Source: Flaccisagitta enflata (taxonomy: Eukaryota). Taken from it: DNA of 64,000 nucleotides. The notes under the pieces were generated by a model. It saw nothing but the letters and a program-made list of their open reading frames with translations, did no database searches and was not told where the DNA came from. Below, in pieces: positions 59,960 to 64,000 of the stretch. The translations under genes were made by a program, and so were the position numbers. Numbering within the stretch: position 1 is the stretch's first letter; every line of letters begins with the position of its first letter. The stretch spans positions 22,940,001 through 23,004,000 of the forward strand of contig OZ231126.1 of the NCBI GenBank assembly GCA_965153355.1, given 5' to 3'.

Positions 59960-61809
59960 GGGACTGTTCATAAATAAAAAAAGCAAATGTTTGGAGTGGC
60001 CTCCCATTAGATGATCCGAATGCCGATATGCGTCTGGCGATTGTATCTTGGCATATGCACTAAAAAACCTCATTTGTTATATATGTTGCATATGCAACAC
60101 GTGTTGCATATGCAACACGTTTTTCTGCTAGTACCTTATGTGTCACAGATGCAATACATGACTTAGAGGTTCTAGTGATTTTCACTCGAGGGTAGCAGAT
60201 AGAATTTTATTCTCAACAATCTTATGCGATGTTGACCCTTAGACCTGCGATCAGGGCTTTCAAAGGGTCAATTATGTCATGTTTATGGCTCTTGAAGGGC
60301 CACTAAGATGAAATTGATATCTTGGAAGATATGAGCCCCGCTTGTGAACCAAGTGGCAGATCAACAGTTACAGTACATGAACATGAATAAACTCTTCCTG
60401 ACATGTCACAACCATTAACCTTTCCAACAACTCCATCCAATAGTGGCAACCAAGAACTCCAATCCAAAACTCTAACCAACTCCCACCAACAACCCTGATC
60501 AACAACTTAAATCAATAACTCTATCCAATAACCCTTAACCAATGACTCTGACCAGTAGCTCCAACCCCGGCCAACACCTCTGACCCATAACTCTGACCAA
60601 CTCTGATCCACAACTTCAAACTAGAACTTCAACCAACAGCTCCAACCTGCAACGCCAACCTATGTCTGTCAGCAAGAACTCCCACCAACAGCTACCAATA
60701 GCTCTTACCATCAACACTTACAACTCCCACAACTTAAACATCATGTACACTGTTGATCTGCCTAGAATAAAGCATCCTCTATCGATACTATGATTTCACT
60801 CAACCTTTCTCTGATAGCTCCTTTCAGTACTCGTTTTCAGACAAGCACAACTGTGTGCACAGACGTTTGGCGAGGACGCTAATGAAAGTTGTTTGGCCTC
60901 ACTTGAGGCAAAGTCATCTTTTTATTCGTAATGAAATTCTAGACCGAAACAGTAACAGTAACAGTAGCTGTATAATAGCTGCCTGCTTGCGGTTGGGCAG
61001 GGGCAGTTATTCTTAAATAATTGATAATTTGATCAACAGCTATACAGAAAGACTAAGAGAAACAATGAGGTTGGATAAATGGCTACTTTAGTCGCAAAGG
61101 GAGAGGCTGGGGCAGTGATGACAGGCTTAGTTAGCGCGTAGTTTTCAATGAAGATTTGCACGATATTTCCGTCTTTACATCCATATTTCTCATTTTCATT
61201 CGTTTTGTAACCTGAGAGACGACCATCGATGAAAACAAGTAATACATTTGCACTTAGATGCAGGAACACATACAAACACGCGCCCACTCAAACGCAAACA
61301 CACACAACCGCGCGCACCTGAGGGCAAAAAATGTGTTCGTACAATTCTTGGATCATGCGTTACAGACCCACAGATGGACTGAGCGAATGATGGACAGACA
61401 GATAGACAAAAGCTCTCATAGAGTTGCAATTCCGCAAATAACAAGGCAGTATACACGGGTTACCCAAGTCGCGTGTGGGTGGGAAGGGGCAGTATTGAAA
61501 TAGACCAGCTAGGCAGTTGGGCAGGAGCTGTAACCCCAAAACCACCCGTAAACGCCAAAACAGCAAAGTTTTACCAACAGACAGACGAACAGGCGGATCA
61601 ACGGACAGAGCGAGTTGTGGAGTCGCATGCGCGCGACTAAAAAAAGATATGAAAATGAAGAAAGATGTAGATATAGATCTGAAAAATTATAAGACTTGTT
61701 AGTTTTTTACAAGACACTCATGCAAGCTCACACGAACACACACACACAGACATACACACACACACACGCACGCACGAACACGCACACTCACACACACACA
61801 CACACACAC

Positions 61810-61848
<39 letters not shown>

Positions 61849-61998
61849 ACTTACCTGACATCACCAAACTCCGCTGATGCTGTTTTTATTGCTTCTGTCT
61901 TGCCGCCAGACATGCCTCACTGTAATTGCCGAACCATGTACGTACTGTAATCAATGAAAAAGGATCAATTGACCTCCGTAAGCCCTTGTTCACACCTC

Positions 61999-62030
<32 letters not shown>

Positions 62031-62152
62031 TGTGTGTGTGTGTGTAATGTGTCTCAATGTGTGTGTGTGTGTCTTGCGTGTGTGCGGCACGTGTGTGTGT
62101 GTGGCTCTTGGCCGTGTGTGTCTTGGCGTGTGTGTGTGTGTGTGTGTGTCTT

Positions 62153-62241
<89 letters not shown>

Positions 62242-62289
62242 ATGTTAGGTCATGTCTATCCGTCCATTGCTCGATGATTTTTGTAACCC

Positions 62290-62459
62290 CTCATCATGCC
62301 ATCATCATCAACATCAACGTCATCATTGTCATTGTTGTCATCGTTATCATCATTACCATCATCATCATCATCATCATCATCAAAATCATCATCGTGATCA
62401 TGATGGGCTCTCCACTAGCTCGTCAGAAGCTCTATTCAACGTCGAACTGCTCATCTCTG

Positions 62460-62541
<82 letters not shown>

Positions 62542-62632
62542 GTCATCTCCATCGTCATTGTCGTTGTCATCGTTGTCTTTGTCGTTATAGTCGTCGTTGT
62601 GATTGTCGTCGTCCTCACTGTCATCATTATCA
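62290..62632. repeat. (CAT)n and degenerate (CGT/TGT)n repeats
   Basis: Direct observation. Confidence 0.9.
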
Positions 62633-63111
62633 TCCCGACTGTACCGAGCCATCAAGAGGACACTGGTTCACAGCAGCTGCGGTCGCCTATTGACGTAAGA
62701 ATCGCTTTCGTAGCTTGAGTTTTGCTTCCAATGCCTATTTTCGCCAGGTATTAATACGAGATGGGCCTGCAGTTGCCTAGTAAAAGAACAAGGCCGGATA
62801 CACAGCTACCGATGTCCCGTGCGGGTGGGTTGGGACCATATTTGAGGCCACTCCATCATTTGGGGAGGAGCAGTAAGGCCAAAGACCCCAAAAACCCCAA
62901 AAAAGTAAAGTGGGACGGACGGACCGACTGACCGACTGACCGACAGACGGACGGATCAACGGACCGACAAAGCGGGTTGTAGAGTCGCATAGCATGCGAC
63001 TAAAAATTACAAAATTGATGAAAGAGGACTTTCTTTGTCTCTGTCTCTCTCTCCATCGCTGTTTCTATCTCTGTCTCTATTTCTGTCACTATTTCTGTCT
63101 CTGATTCTATC

Positions 63112-63219
<108 letters not shown>

Positions 63220-63380
63220 GACATCCAGGCTAACGCTACTAAAGTACTATGCTAGCGTTCGCAGTACTTCAAAAGATGTGCAAAAACGCCGAAAAAGCAA
63301 ACGGCGACTAACGGACGGACCGATGGACCAACAGACATAGCAGGCTAAATAGTCACGTGCAGTTGTCACATTTTTTGTAT

Positions 63381-63456
<76 letters not shown>

Positions 63457-64000
63457 GTGCGTGTTTGAAATATGTGTATCCTTTGCTCATGTCTCGAGAA
63501 GAAACAAGGCCGGATACACGGCCACCAGTCATGGACGGGTTGGCAGGGGCGGAAATGCGCGTTTTCCCACTATTCGACTCAATCATTACGGACCAACGGA
63601 CGGACGGACCAAAGGACCGACGGACGGACAAAGCCTCTTATAGAGTTGCGTGTCCGCAACTAAAAAAGAACAGGTAACGCAGCATTCCATTATGGTTATG
63701 GAAGAAAGTGCACCCCCAAGAAAGAGCACCCCCAACCTGTTCCCCGAACTCAACCAATAAAAACATCATAAATGCGCTTGTCACACTTTCTAACTCAAGG
63801 GTGACGGAACTTTTTAGTCGCGTGCAGCAACTCTACACCCGCTTTGTCCAATCGGTCGTTCGGTTGGTCGGTCGGTCGGTTGGTCGGTCACACTTTACTT
63901 TTTTATCAATCTTATTTCTTTTGGGCATTTCAGGTCATGTGGGAGTATAATGAGTCATTCTAAGTCATTCTAAGTCATTCTAAGTCATTTTAAGTCATTC

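Overview
This is eukaryotic DNA, probably from an invertebrate metazoan; the taxon cannot be fixed from the sequence. It is dominated by microsatellites and deeply nested non-autonomous transposons: Helentron/HINE-type families, hAT-like MITEs with 8-bp TSDs, TA-flanked MITEs, foldbacks, a Helitron-like microsatellite carrier and one 5'-truncated LINE. Nearly all ORFs in the supplied track are repeat artefacts. Three genuine coding signals are split into exons and are missed or only partly captured by that track. (1) A + strand gene for a secreted signal peptide-PAN/apple-kringle protein (35356-54216) has phase-compatible exons but an in-frame TAG and a truncated kringle, so it is probably a pseudogene. 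(2) A frameshifted MACPF-domain exon lies on the - strand (58786-59044). (3) A CDK1/2/5-type exon (AKYSKLEKIGEG, - strand, 16310-16343) has GA rather than GT at the conserved intron position and lies about 2.2 kb downstream of a CCAAT/E-box/SRE-like motif cluster. I found no prokaryotic-type system such as CRISPR or an operon. The most notable signals are the possible GA splice donor, a covarying terminal pattern shared by several TT-inserting rolling-circle-type element families, and a four-level TE nest inside one intron. All assignments come from reading the sequence by eye; no database search was run.
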